Source: Candidatus Hermodarchaeota archaeon
GTDB taxonomy: Archaea > Asgardarchaeota > Lokiarchaeia > Sigyniarchaeales > SOKP01
Direction: 5' to 3'
Length of the DNA: 49,127 nt
NCBI GenBank assembly: GCA_048885925.1
Contig: JBHLLG010000019.1
Span: 1 to 49,127, forward strand
Positions within the stretch are counted from its first letter, which is position 1; the number at the start of each line of letters is the position of its first letter. The position numbers and the translations under genes are program-made. Shown piece by piece: positions 8,702 through 18,339 of the stretch. The notes below the pieces were generated by a model. The model was not told the DNA's origin, made no database searches, and saw only the letters and a program-made list of their open reading frames with translations.

Positions 8702-10596
8702 TTACTTGTTTTAATTTTATTATCTTTAAATAATAAAGGGGAGATCTCCTCACTCTTATATATACCTATTAAATTATTTAAAGCTGTTCTTTGATTATTA
8801 AGTATTTTCCAGAAAAATTCTGGAACATTCTGTTCTTTTTTATACATTACTTCTATGCGATCTAATTTTTCGAGGATTTTATTAGGTCTTATAGAGAATT
8901 GTTGAATATAGTCTTGCTCTGAATAATTTTTATCAAGATATTGTTTAAATAATAATTTCAAATCGAGGAATTCTGGTAAATACCCAATGGGCGTATTGAT
9001 CGCATCAAAATCATTATGAGCTCGTCCTTCTGCCCAAATAACCCACACAAGTTTATCTAAAATTCCATTTAGATATTTTCCATCTTTGTTTTTAAGAAAA
9101 TAATTCGTAGCAAATACTTTTGGGCAGTGCTTCAATTTATTACCAAATTTCTGGTGATTTTTAAGATATTTTCCCAAACTTACAACCATGAAATCTAAAT
9201 TAGCCATCGGTTGTTGTGTTCTTACTCCTTCTGCACCTAATGTGGCAGAAGTGGTTTCTGATTCTATTGAGGCACCTAAAAAAACTCCTTCTTCCCAATC
9301 ATGACTCTCAATTACAGGGGGCATTGTATCACTATCACGACCCCCATAAAAAATACCAAGTATAGGCACTCCATCTAAATTATGGAGATTAGGATCTGCG
9401 TTATTTAATTCTTCAATTCGAATAGTATAACGGGCATTTGGATGGGCATGAGGTATTTCTTTCCCATTAGCATCTTTCTTACCTTTATACCATTCACCTG
9501 AAAAATTGAAACCCCTACTTGGATTCTCTCTTCCATCTCCCAGCCAAAAGGGTGTTCCATCCTTAATCAAAACATTAGAAAAAATAGTTTCTCTAGGTGT
9601 AGTTAATGCTTCAAATATGACTGGATCGTCTTTAGCATTTACATCTTTAATTATTCCAAAGATACCTCGTTCTATGTTAACTGCATGAGCATAACCATCT
9701 TCCCAGATTCGAAGATACGCTATATCATCTCCAACTATTGTTTGTCCTGGCAACATTGCAGTACTAGTTTTGCCACATGCAGAAGGAAAAGCCCCGCAGA
9801 AGTATGATGTTCTGTCTTTTCCCCTCGGGTGAACTCCCATTATAAAGTAATGCTCCGTTAACCAATCTTCGTTATTAGCTTTATAAATACCCAAACGTAA
9901 GGCTAGTTTTTTTAATCCAAGAGAATTTCCGGCATACTGATTGAAACAAGAAATCACACGTCCTTCCTTTAAGTCAATATAAATTCTCCTATTATTCAGG
10001 TTTTTTGTTACCGGTGGTTCACCAGTTAATTCGCCAGAAGAATGAATAAAATAGAAAAAGTCATCAGATCCATCTAACTTTTTAAATTCTTCATATCCAG
10101 ATCTATAAAGCAGGTCTTCTGAATGAGCAACGTAAAATGAATCCGTTATTTGGAGTGCAAGTATGGAGAATTTTGAATTCTTAGGTCCTAAACAAAAAAA
10201 TCTTACTACACATTCATGACCTTCCATACACCCATCCATAATTCCCAAAATTTCATTTAGCCCTTTTTCTCTATCCATTGTGTTTATCCAAGGATACTGA
10301 TCTAATTCTTCTTTTGGCACCAAAACTTGAGTATTTTCTTTATCTCTTGCTTGATCATGATTTTTCATTGTAGAAAAGCCATCAAAATGTATTGTATGTC
10401 CTTTTAGATCTAGTTTTTTCTCCTCACCCAGCTCAATAGCTCGATTTCTAACATAATCAATATCTTCTTGAGAATCGGTTATAACTGTAACAGTGGAAGG
10501 TTTACACAAAGAAACAAATTTATTTATAATCTCTAAGACATTTTGATTATTTAATGCCTCTATTTTTGCCAGATTGGTTTTATCAATTAATTCCAT
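8698..10596 (-). CDS. pckG: Phosphoenolpyruvate carboxykinase (GTP-dependent)
   Basis: YAGNSLGLKK, WLTEH, GAFPSACGKTSTAM, VGDDIAY, AHPNARYT and YGGRD motifs. Confidence 0.96.
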   Translation of the reverse strand: MELIDKTNLAKIEALNNQNVLEIINKFVSLCKPSTVTVITDSQEDIDYVRNRAIELGEEKKLDLKGHTIHFDGFSTMKNHDQARDKENTQVLVPKEELDQYPWINTMDREKGLNEILGIMDGCMEGHECVVRFFCLGPKNSKFSILALQITDSFYVAHSEDLLYRSGYEEFKKLDGSDDFFYFIHSSGELTGEPPVTKNLNNRRIYIDLKEGRVISCFNQYAGNSLGLKKLALRLGIYKANNEDWLTEHYFIMGVHPRGKDRTSYFCGAFPSACGKTSTAMLPGQTIVGDDIAYLRIWEDGYAHAVNIERGIFGIIKDVNAKDDPVIFEALTTPRETIFSNVLIKDGTPFWLGDGRENPSRGFNFSGEWYKGKKDANGKEIPHAHPNARYTIRIEELNNADPNLHNLDGVPILGIFYGGRDSDTMPPVIESHDWEEGVFLGASIESETTSATLGAEGVRTQQPMANLDFMVVSLGKYLKNHQKFGNKLKHCPKVFATNYFLKNKDGKYLNGILDKLVWVIWAEGRAHNDFDAINTPIGYLPEFLDLKLLFKQYLDKNYSEQDYIQQFSIRPNKILEKLDRIEVMYKKEQNVPEFFWKILNNQRTALNNLIGIYKSEEISPLLFKDNKIKTSN

Positions 10597-10791
10597 TTTA
10601 CGATATTTAATATTTTCAAAATATAATTAAATACAATTGTCTCACGTGTGTTATAAGAAAAGTATGAGTATTTTTAATTTTTCCTTTTTAAGGTTTTTAA
10701 AGTTCTAAGGTATTTTACTATATTCGATTGAGAATTCTAATATGAAAATTAATTAAAAAGATAAAATAAAAGGAAAAAAAATTACAATTTA

Positions 10792-12384
10792 TTATTCTAA
10801 TCCTCTAGACTTTGTACCTTTTGCACTAATAATTCTGTCAACTCTTAATATAAGATTAGCAAGCTCGCTGCCACTCTTGATAATATGGTTAATTAATTCT
10901 GCAGGTTCTATGATTCCTTTTTTAAAATTATCTCCAATTGTATTTGTAATTGTATCTATTCCGATCCATTTGTCAGCTTCAGTTTTATGAGCTGCTCTTA
11001 GTTCGGTCATTTTCTCGATCTCTTCCAATCCAGCATTTTTGATTAAAGTCTTAGGGATCTCTTCAAGTGCTAAGGCAAAGGCATTTACTGCGAGCTGTTC
11101 TTTTCCGCTTACTTTATTAGCATAATCTCTTACTCTTTTAGCTAATTCCATATAGATTGCACCACCACCGGCTACAACAGTTTTAGTGTCTACTATTTTT
11201 GCAATAACTGATAAAACATCATGTAATGATTCCTCAGTAGTACTTAAGATTTTATCGAGTCCGCCTTTAAGTAAGATCGACACAGATTTAGGATTTTTAC
11301 ATCCAGTAAAAAAAGTATATTCATCATCTCCAATTTTTTGAAAATGAATTTTTTCAGCAAAACCTAAATCATCCTCGGAAAGTGAAGTTAAATCATCAAC
11401 TAATTTCGCCCCTACTGCTTTTAAAATTGATTTATAATCACTTTCACCTACATTTTTAATACCTGCAATACCTTCTCTGGCTAAATAAGCCCCGAATTTG
11501 TCAGAAATGTCGCTACTGTTTACAACCAAATTAACTCCTAAACCTTTAAATATTCTTAAATAATCTGTAAGAATTTTATCTTCTTGATCAAGAAATTCCT
11601 GAACTTGAGAGGGACTAGATATTCGAATTTGAGCATCGAATTCAGTCTTCTTTATATCTAATTTTCTTCTTATAACCGCAATCTTTGCGTTTTTTATTGT
11701 ATCAGGCATCATAGTATTAACCTTTTCCTTTTGAATATATACCCCATTTATTAGTTCCGTTTCTTTAAGGGATTTTCCAGGAGCTTTGACAATTTTAACA
11801 TTACTTACTTTTGCAAAAGTATTTCCCTCATCATCTGCTATATGTTTAATGGCTTTAAGCGCTAAATCTGCGAAAAAATCTTTCAAAGGAGCAATATCCT
11901 TAGCATTCATGGCTGTTTTTGCAGAATTTTTAAGAATTTCATCATCATCTTTCGAAATCTTTGTTGCAATTTCTTTTATAATCGAAAGTGATTTATCAGC
12001 TGCTAGTTTATATCCATGCGTAATTGGTTTTGGATGAATATCCTGTTCTATTAACTCTAAGGCATTACTTAACAATGCAGCAGAAAAAATTACTGCTGAT
12101 GTAGTTCCATCACCAATATCATCATCTATTGATTTAGCAACGTTAACCATCATATTTGCTGCTATATTTTCGATATCTAGATTCTTCAAGATTTCGGCGC
12201 CATCATTAGTAATAGTAACATCACCCAAAGAGTCAACTAACATCTTTGCCATTCCTTTTGGTCCAAGAGTGGAGCGGACAGTCTCTGCTATGGCAACCAT
12301 CGCGTTAATATTCTGCTGTCTAGCTTCTTTCTCACGAACTTCTTCTGTTCCTTCTTTAAGAATTATTATTGGTACTTGTGACAT
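10792..12384 (-). CDS. Thermosome (group II chaperonin) subunit
   Basis: STLGPKGM, ITNDGA, GDGTTSA, VAGGGA and LILRVDRII motifs. Confidence 0.96.
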   Translation of the reverse strand: MSQVPIIILKEGTEEVREKEARQQNINAMVAIAETVRSTLGPKGMAKMLVDSLGDVTITNDGAEILKNLDIENIAANMMVNVAKSIDDDIGDGTTSAVIFSAALLSNALELIEQDIHPKPITHGYKLAADKSLSIIKEIATKISKDDDEILKNSAKTAMNAKDIAPLKDFFADLALKAIKHIADDEGNTFAKVSNVKIVKAPGKSLKETELINGVYIQKEKVNTMMPDTIKNAKIAVIRRKLDIKKTEFDAQIRISSPSQVQEFLDQEDKILTDYLRIFKGLGVNLVVNSSDISDKFGAYLAREGIAGIKNVGESDYKSILKAVGAKLVDDLTSLSEDDLGFAEKIHFQKIGDDEYTFFTGCKNPKSVSILLKGGLDKILSTTEESLHDVLSVIAKIVDTKTVVAGGGAIYMELAKRVRDYANKVSGKEQLAVNAFALALEEIPKTLIKNAGLEEIEKMTELRAAHKTEADKWIGIDTITNTIGDNFKKGIIEPAELINHIIKSGSELANLILRVDRIISAKGTKSRGLE

Positions 12385-12594
12385 TTTTTCTTCAATCTCT
12401 TCTATTTTTTTAAAATTTTTTATTTATAATCAGAATATAACCTTTTGATTAGAAATTTCTTTTAAATTTCTTTTTAAAGATCTCTAAATCATAAAAATTA
12501 AAAAACTTTCTTATTTTATTAAAAATCATTGGTTAATTACGTTTCAACAATTTCTAAAAGAATGTATACTAGATTATTAGAAAAAGTAACTTGT

Positions 12595-13074
12595 TCACTT
12601 TTTGGATTTCTGAGGGGCTATTTCTACAAAGGATGTATTTTTGTATTCCTTAAGAATCATATTAGAATTGGTTCTTGTAACGTATTCTTCCTGGTTTAAT
12701 TCCCTTATAAAATTATGAACATCTTCGCTCTCCTTAAAACGACAAATTAGCGCGGCAGACTGTTCTCCTGTTGTATGGAAAATTGAACAAACTTCAGGTT
12801 TTTTCGTGAGATTTTTTAAGATCTCTTCAGTGAATTTACCATCGCAGTTGATTCTTATTAGAAATGGTAACTTATACCCTAATTTTTCATTATTGAGCTT
12901 TAGTGTATATCCTTCGATGACATTATTCTTCTTTAGTTTGGAGATTCGATTATGTATTGTCCCAATTGAGATTCCTAATGTATTTTGGATTTCTCGATAG
13001 CTTGTACGTGCATCTTCTTGAAGAATCCTCAGAATATTTCGATCAATTTCATCAAGAACTTTTTCTTTCTTCAT
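12595..13074 (-). CDS. Lrp/AsnC family transcriptional regulator
   Basis: LDEIDRNILRILQEDARTSYREI...GISIGTIHNRISKL...VIEGY helix-turn-helix; RAM domain with TTGE. Confidence 0.95.
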   Translation of the reverse strand: MKKEKVLDEIDRNILRILQEDARTSYREIQNTLGISIGTIHNRISKLKKNNVIEGYTLKLNNEKLGYKLPFLIRINCDGKFTEEILKNLTKKPEVCSIFHTTGEQSAALICRFKESEDVHNFIRELNQEEYVTRTNSNMILKEYKNTSFVEIAPQKSKK

Positions 13075-13342
13075 AAACGACCAATTCTAAAAGAAATATA
13101 ATGCTAATTAAGATCAATATATTTTATTTTGTGAAATATATAAAATTTTATAAAAACTTTAAATAAAAATTAAGTTTTAATTGAAAATTGTTTAGATGAA
13201 ATTATTAAAACTTAGTTCTATCTATATTTTTATCTTATAATTTGATATTTTTTAACTTTAGAAATTCTGAGGAAAAAAGATTTTTTACATTTCAAGGAGC
13301 TCAAAATTTATTATTCCGTATATATTTTTAATATCAAAAGAT

Positions 13343-14464
13343 ATGAAAAGAATGAAGAAAATCATGGATGATGATTTCAAAATAGACCCATGGGGGGGTT
13401 CAGCTCTCGAAGATGAAGATTATATTAAACTTATCCAGGAGTTTGGGATCGAGGAGGTTACAGATTCTCTACGCCTTAAGATGGAAAAGAATCGTTTTAT
13501 CCGTAGGAAAATTATCTTCGGTCACCGTGATTTAGGTCTTATTTTTAAAGCTATAGAAAAGGGTCAACCATGGGCTGTGATGTCTGGAATCAAGCCCAGT
13601 GGACCATTTCACTTAGGAACATCAACTACCGCCTTGGAGATCGTGGAATTCCAGAAAATGGGTGGAAAAGCTTATTATGGAATCGCTGATATTGAATCAT
13701 GGGAGGATAATGGGATTCCATGGGAGGAAGCAGAAGAAAATGCGGTTGATAATCTTGCAGATATATTAGCACTTGGTTTAGATGCTTCTCCAGAAAAAGC
13801 GTATATTTGGAGGCAATCAAAAGAATCTCATGTCAAGGATATTTGTTTTAGGGTTAGTAGGTTAGTTACCCAAAATATGTTAAATGCGATTTATGGGGAG
13901 CGGACGTTTGGGCTTTATATTGCATCATTAGTTCAAGTTGGTGATATAATATTACCTCAGGTAGTGGAAGGTCCACAACCAACTCTTGTTCCTGTAGGAA
14001 TTGATCAAGATCCTCACATTCGTCTTACTCGAGATTTAACTAGGCGAAATTATAAGAATTTCTTCTTACCTGGAGCAACCTATCATTATTTATTAGCTGG
14101 AATAGATGGTTCAGAAAAAATGGCAAAAAGGAATCCAAATAGTTATTTTACTTTTAATGAATCATTAGAATCAATTGAAAGAAAGGTTAAAGGAGCGCTT
14201 ACCGGTGGCAGGAGGAATTTGAAAGAACAGAAAGAGTTAGGTGGTGAACCTCAGAAGTGTATGGTTTATAAAATGCTCATGTATCATTTTGAAGAAGATG
14301 ACCAAAAATTAGCTAATGATTTTGAGATGTGTATTAAAGGAGAATTGATGTGCGGAGAACATAAACAGGAATGTGTTGATAAAGTATTAAAGTTTATTAA
14401 GGAGCATCAACAGAAAAAAAAGAAAATGATAGATAAGGCTCGAAGTATTCTTAAAATTGATTAA
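13343..14464 (+). CDS. trpS: Tryptophanyl-tRNA synthetase, archaeal type, with variant HIGH/KMSKS motifs
   Basis: IDPWG, RRKIIFGHRD, SGIKPSG, QVGDI, VPVGIDQDPHIRLTRD, ALTGGR and GGEP motifs. The true start may be the later ATG (MDDDFK). Confidence 0.92.
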   Translation: MKRMKKIMDDDFKIDPWGGSALEDEDYIKLIQEFGIEEVTDSLRLKMEKNRFIRRKIIFGHRDLGLIFKAIEKGQPWAVMSGIKPSGPFHLGTSTTALEIVEFQKMGGKAYYGIADIESWEDNGIPWEEAEENAVDNLADILALGLDASPEKAYIWRQSKESHVKDICFRVSRLVTQNMLNAIYGERTFGLYIASLVQVGDIILPQVVEGPQPTLVPVGIDQDPHIRLTRDLTRRNYKNFFLPGATYHYLLAGIDGSEKMAKRNPNSYFTFNESLESIERKVKGALTGGRRNLKEQKELGGEPQKCMVYKMLMYHFEEDDQKLANDFEMCIKGELMCGEHKQECVDKVLKFIKEHQQKKKKMIDKARSILKID

Positions 14465-14494
14465 AAATATTGTTTTTCTTACTGATGTTTAGTT

Positions 14495-15418
14495 TTATAT
14501 TAATTGCTTTAAAATCTTAACTAATTCATCAAGAAATTCAGGGAATTTTTCAAAGAAATTATCTTTATATTTATCCTTAAGTACTGCAGAAACAAAAAAC
14601 AGATCATTCTTTATTTTCATTCTGAGCAAATATGAGAATAATATACCTTCTGTTGAAGCAAAATCAAAATTTCCTTCAATTTTTTCTTCATCCATCCGTT
14701 TAAGCAAAAATAAATGTTCTTTCATTGATTCTAGTAACGAAACATACACATCTGGCTCTATTTCACTGTAATATTCAGAAATAATGATCCCATTACGATC
14801 AAAAACGATTAGAGCTTGACTATTAAAAATTTCTATATAATGTTCCAAAAGTTCGGAGAGTTCAAAAAATTTCTTATCAAAAACAGAAAGCCCGTATGAG
14901 ACTAATTGGACAATAGATATTATGTCATATATCGAAGATTGCTGGAATAAGATGTTAAAATCAGGATATTCATCTAATATCTTTTCTCTTAATTCATCAA
15001 TATTAGCTAATATCTTTTCATCATCTCTTAATTCAGGGTCATATTTATGAAAAGTAATAATTAAGGGAACATCCATTTCACTTTCGGAGAAAAAGGTTAA
15101 AATTGCATTTAAATATTCAAGAGAATCATTAAATCGATCTGGATCTTGAATATCTATGACATAGATAAGTAAATCAGTAGCATCGAAATAAACATCTTGA
15201 TAATTAATGTAAATCTCGCGATATTGATCTTGGCCTCCCATGTCCCAGAAAACAGTGTTATTTCTTAGAAAATTCATTTTATGATACTCTACCCTAATGG
15301 TGGGTTTAAGTTGAACAATATCCTTTTCAAAATCATACTTTTTGTCTAAAGCTGTTAAGATTGAAGTTTTTCCAGCATTATCCAATCCACTCACAATAAT
15401 TTTTAAAAAAGTTTCCAT
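14495..15418 (-). CDS. Rag/Arf-like small GTPase with C-terminal roadblock/longin-like domain
   Basis: GLDNAGKTS, PTI, WDMGGQ, YVID, FHKYD (HKxD as in Rag GTPases), SSI; C-terminal ALIVFDRNGIIISEY. Confidence 0.85.
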   Translation of the reverse strand: METFLKIIVSGLDNAGKTSILTALDKKYDFEKDIVQLKPTIRVEYHKMNFLRNNTVFWDMGGQDQYREIYINYQDVYFDATDLLIYVIDIQDPDRFNDSLEYLNAILTFFSESEMDVPLIITFHKYDPELRDDEKILANIDELREKILDEYPDFNILFQQSSIYDIISIVQLVSYGLSVFDKKFFELSELLEHYIEIFNSQALIVFDRNGIIISEYYSEIEPDVYVSLLESMKEHLFLLKRMDEEKIEGNFDFASTEGILFSYLLRMKIKNDLFFVSAVLKDKYKDNFFEKFPEFLDELVKILKQLI

Positions 15419-15744
15419 TTAAGGGTCACATAATCTATTTAGCTAGTTATTGATTTTAATAATATAATAGACTCATATAAATTTAAACTTCTGTGAAAGC
15501 AAATATATTAGAATTTTAAATTTTAGAATGTAAAGCTATGAGATATAATGATCTTTATAGTATTGAGATCTTATCTAGATATTACTACTATATCTTTATT
15601 TTCATTTTTTCAAGAGAAATTACTGAAATAATACTGATTTTAGAGGAATTTCGATGACATATAAATGATATTTATATTTTTTAAAGGCGTTCATCTCATT
15701 TTACTCAATGATATAATTCATAAAAAAGGTTGAGGTAATTAATA

Positions 15745-15969
15745 ATGCAAGAAAATAAATTTTTAGAAAATTTGGAGTATCAAATTAGTTTAAAGGAGAA
15801 TTCTTATAAAACATTAAAAAAAATTCCCGTTTTTACTGAACAAGTAAAGCAATTTGATAAATCAGTAATGGATCTTACAGAAAAATTTGAAAAAATTAGG
15901 CTTCGAGATAAATATCATATTATTATAACTGAATTAGATAATTTGATAAAACAATCCAAATCAAAATAA
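15745..15969 (+). CDS. Small hypothetical helical protein (74 aa)
   Basis: ATG preceded by a GAGGT SD-like motif; fills an otherwise empty gap and is followed by a T-tract. Confidence 0.6.
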   Translation: MQENKFLENLEYQISLKENSYKTLKKIPVFTEQVKQFDKSVMDLTEKFEKIRLRDKYHIIITELDNLIKQSKSK

Positions 15970-16002
15970 AACATTCTATTTTTTTTTAATAAATTTCACT
16001 TC

Positions 16003-16425
16003 TCAATCACCGATAATCGTGCAAAAAATTTTTCTCGATCTTGCTCTTTCATCGCACTCAATGAAAACAATTTGTTGCCAAGTTCCTAAAATGAGTTTTT
16101 GATTTTTAAATGGAAAAACTTGAGATGTTTTAATTAGAAAGCTTCGTAAATGTCCAGCTCCATTATAATCATGCCAGGTTTCGTGATGTTTATAATTATC
16201 CTCATATGGTATTAATTTTTCTAAAAGATTTTTAATATCATGCTTTACTAATCCAGGTTCATATTCTAAAGTAGAAATAGCTCCTGTAGATCCTGCGATA
16301 TGGACATTAACAATTCCATTATTTATATTACTATTGTTTAAACATTTTTGAACATCTTCTGTAATATTTATTATATCGAAATATGCTTTTGTCTTTAAAT
16401 CAAAAGTCTTTAATACAGTAGTCAT
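16003..16425 (-). CDS. YjbQ/UPF0047 family protein
   Basis: GSTGAISTLEYEPGL, YKHH, NGAGHLRS and LGTWQQIVFIECD signatures. Confidence 0.92.
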   Translation of the reverse strand: MTTVLKTFDLKTKAYFDIINITEDVQKCLNNSNINNGIVNVHIAGSTGAISTLEYEPGLVKHDIKNLLEKLIPYEDNYKHHETWHDYNGAGHLRSFLIKTSQVFPFKNQKLILGTWQQIVFIECDERARSRKIFCTIIGD

Positions 16426-16428
16426 TAT

Positions 16429-17472
16429 TTATTTCCTTATTATTTCACATGTGTTTAGATTTTTAATTTGTCTAAGTATTGATTTAGGTAAATTTATCTC
16501 ATTTCCATCCTTTAATGCTAGTATTTTAGTTAAGATAAGGAGTTCATTTTGATTAAATCCATTAATATTAGTCCATCCATTTGATTCTCCCGATTCAATA
16601 CATATAAAAAAAGGTGCTCTCTTACGTCTCACGCATTTACTTTCTTTGCATTTTTCACATACTTTAGGATAATAATATACATTACCATTTTTAAGAAAAA
16701 TTGAAAAAGTCCCAAGGTTTTCATTTTTAACTTTTATCCAATTTGATGATTCAAAATAAACATCTAATTTTAAATTTAAAATGTAACTTACTAGTTGTTC
16801 TGTATTTATAGTTTGATTAATATTAGTATCACGTGTTTGTGGTTCATAGTAATCATTGCATTCATCTAATATTTCAGAATGAACAAAAAGTCGGTCTAAT
16901 TGGATAAGATCGATTATATGAAAGTTATCTAATTCTTTATTTTTATGTCGTTTTATAAAAATAGATGAAATTTGATTTAAAATGTCAGATGGTTGTTCAA
17001 TTTCATTAATTTGTATATGATTTGATCTAATTAATGATTTAAAATCACGATTACTGAAACATTTATTAAAGATTTCTTCTTTGTTCAATTTTTCGAGAAT
17101 GATACAAAAAATTAGCGTAAGAGAGGAAAAATTAGCTTGTATTTCATTAAAATAATGTAATATTTGTTCTATTTTTGATTCTGATATAAGTATTATTACA
17201 GCTTCAGCTCCATTATAGAAAATAGTTCGTAAATAAGCTCTTTCTCGTCTACAATCAATATTCCATAGAAGAAATTCGAATTTTTCACGCTTCTTAAATG
17301 AAAAATCAATTTTGCTTATATTTACACCAATATTTTGTTTATTTTCTATAGGCAAAGAATTTGAGCTCAAAATTTTTTGAAATTCATTCTTATATTTTTC
17401 AAGTCCTCCGAGTAAACATACTTTTTTTTTGAAGAAATATTTTTCCTGAAGAGGAACTTCTAAAGAGCTCAT
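16429..17472 (-). CDS. Degenerate Rab-like GTPase-fold protein with Cys-rich C-terminal domain
   Basis: KKVCLLG, IGVNISK, FLLWNID and LRTIFYNGAEAVII follow the Rab motif order, but G1, G3 and G4 are eroded. C-terminal CEKCKESKC...FIC. Confidence 0.65.
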   Translation of the reverse strand: MSSLEVPLQEKYFFKKKVCLLGGLEKYKNEFQKILSSNSLPIENKQNIGVNISKIDFSFKKREKFEFLLWNIDCRRERAYLRTIFYNGAEAVIILISESKIEQILHYFNEIQANFSSLTLIFCIILEKLNKEEIFNKCFSNRDFKSLIRSNHIQINEIEQPSDILNQISSIFIKRHKNKELDNFHIIDLIQLDRLFVHSEILDECNDYYEPQTRDTNINQTINTEQLVSYILNLKLDVYFESSNWIKVKNENLGTFSIFLKNGNVYYYPKVCEKCKESKCVRRKRAPFFICIESGESNGWTNINGFNQNELLILTKILALKDGNEINLPKSILRQIKNLNTCEIIRK

Positions 17473-17580
17473 TTTGCCATACTTTAATTAATAAAGAATT
17501 TAGGCTGAATCTATTAAATAATAAATTTATTTATGAATTTTAATTTATTCTTTTAAGAATTAAAATTTTTTAAATCAAAT

Positions 17581-18003
17581 ATGAGTGCTAAAAGACTCGA
17601 AGAATTTTTTAAAAAAATTCATAACCCAAAAAATAAAATTCCTGAGTATGTAAGTGTGATAGTGAGACCAGGTAAAAAACTACTCGACTTTAAGATAAAA
17701 AAAGAAGAAGAAAATATCTTAAAGGTCATAGCTCATGATCAAAAATCAGCTGGATGGTTTTTACATTCAGTTCATATTCCTTTAAAAAATTTAGGTTTAT
17801 CATATGAATCTAAAGATAAGGAAATTTTAGAATATTTATCTGATCCTAATAAAATTAAAAATAAATCAACAAAAGAATATATTGAAGATATTTTACGAAA
17901 ATATTTAGAGATTTTACCAGAAAAGAAAAAACATTTTTTTAGAACTGAACGATTTAAGAAGAAGAAAGAGTTTAAAACTGGGGCTCAACTGAAAGGATTT
18001 TAA
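17581..18003 (+). CDS. Hypothetical basic protein (140 aa)
   Basis: ATG-started ORF with an AT-rich upstream promoter region, Lys-rich; no family recognised. Confidence 0.75.
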   Translation: MSAKRLEEFFKKIHNPKNKIPEYVSVIVRPGKKLLDFKIKKEEENILKVIAHDQKSAGWFLHSVHIPLKNLGLSYESKDKEILEYLSDPNKIKNKSTKEYIEDILRKYLEILPEKKKHFFRTERFKKKKEFKTGAQLKGF

Positions 18004-18336
18004 CTATTTTATTTTAGTTCCAGGAGGAATTTGTTTTCTTTCATCAATTTTTAATAAGAAAGGTTCATTATTAAGATCCGCAGCGAGTAGCATTCCTTGA
18101 CTTTCAATACCCATAATAGTTCGTGGCTTTAAATTTGTTAAAACAATGATCTTTTTATTAACTAATTCTTCTTTATGGTAAAATTGAGCAATTCCAGTAA
18201 CAATTTGCCTTAGATCTTTTTCTCCACAGTCTACCATTAACTTATAGAGATTTTTTGATTCATGTATTTTTTCACAACTTCTAACTAATCCTACTCTAAT
18301 ATCTAATTTCAAAAATTCTTGATAATCAATCTCCGT
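18004..18336 (-). CDS. Stand-alone tRNA-binding OB-fold protein (Trbp111/CsaA/MetRS C-terminal domain family)
   Basis: (EIDYQEF)LKLDIRVG, RQIVTGI, NLKPR, GIESQGMLLAA and PPGTKIK motifs. The conserved N-terminal helix extends upstream of the TTG at 18312. Confidence 0.9.
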   Translation of the reverse strand, partial: TEIDYQEFLKLDIRVGLVRSCEKIHESKNLYKLMVDCGEKDLRQIVTGIAQFYHKEELVNKKIIVLTNLKPRTIMGIESQGMLLAADLNNEPFLLKIDERKQIPPGTKIK

Positions 18337-18339
18337 TGA

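Noticed and set aside
15419-15744. 326-bp intergenic region checked for tRNA or C/D-box sRNA
   Set aside because: No cloverleaf or GC-rich stem, and only partial box-like words (TGAT, CTGA) without a proper RUGAUGA-CUGA arrangement; most likely divergent promoters.
17469-17480. Mini upstream ORF ATG-GCA-AAA-TGA overlapping the pseudo-GTPase start; similar ATG-TAA-ATG at 48004-48012
   Set aside because: Such short start-stop elements arise readily by chance in AT-rich leaders; no further support.
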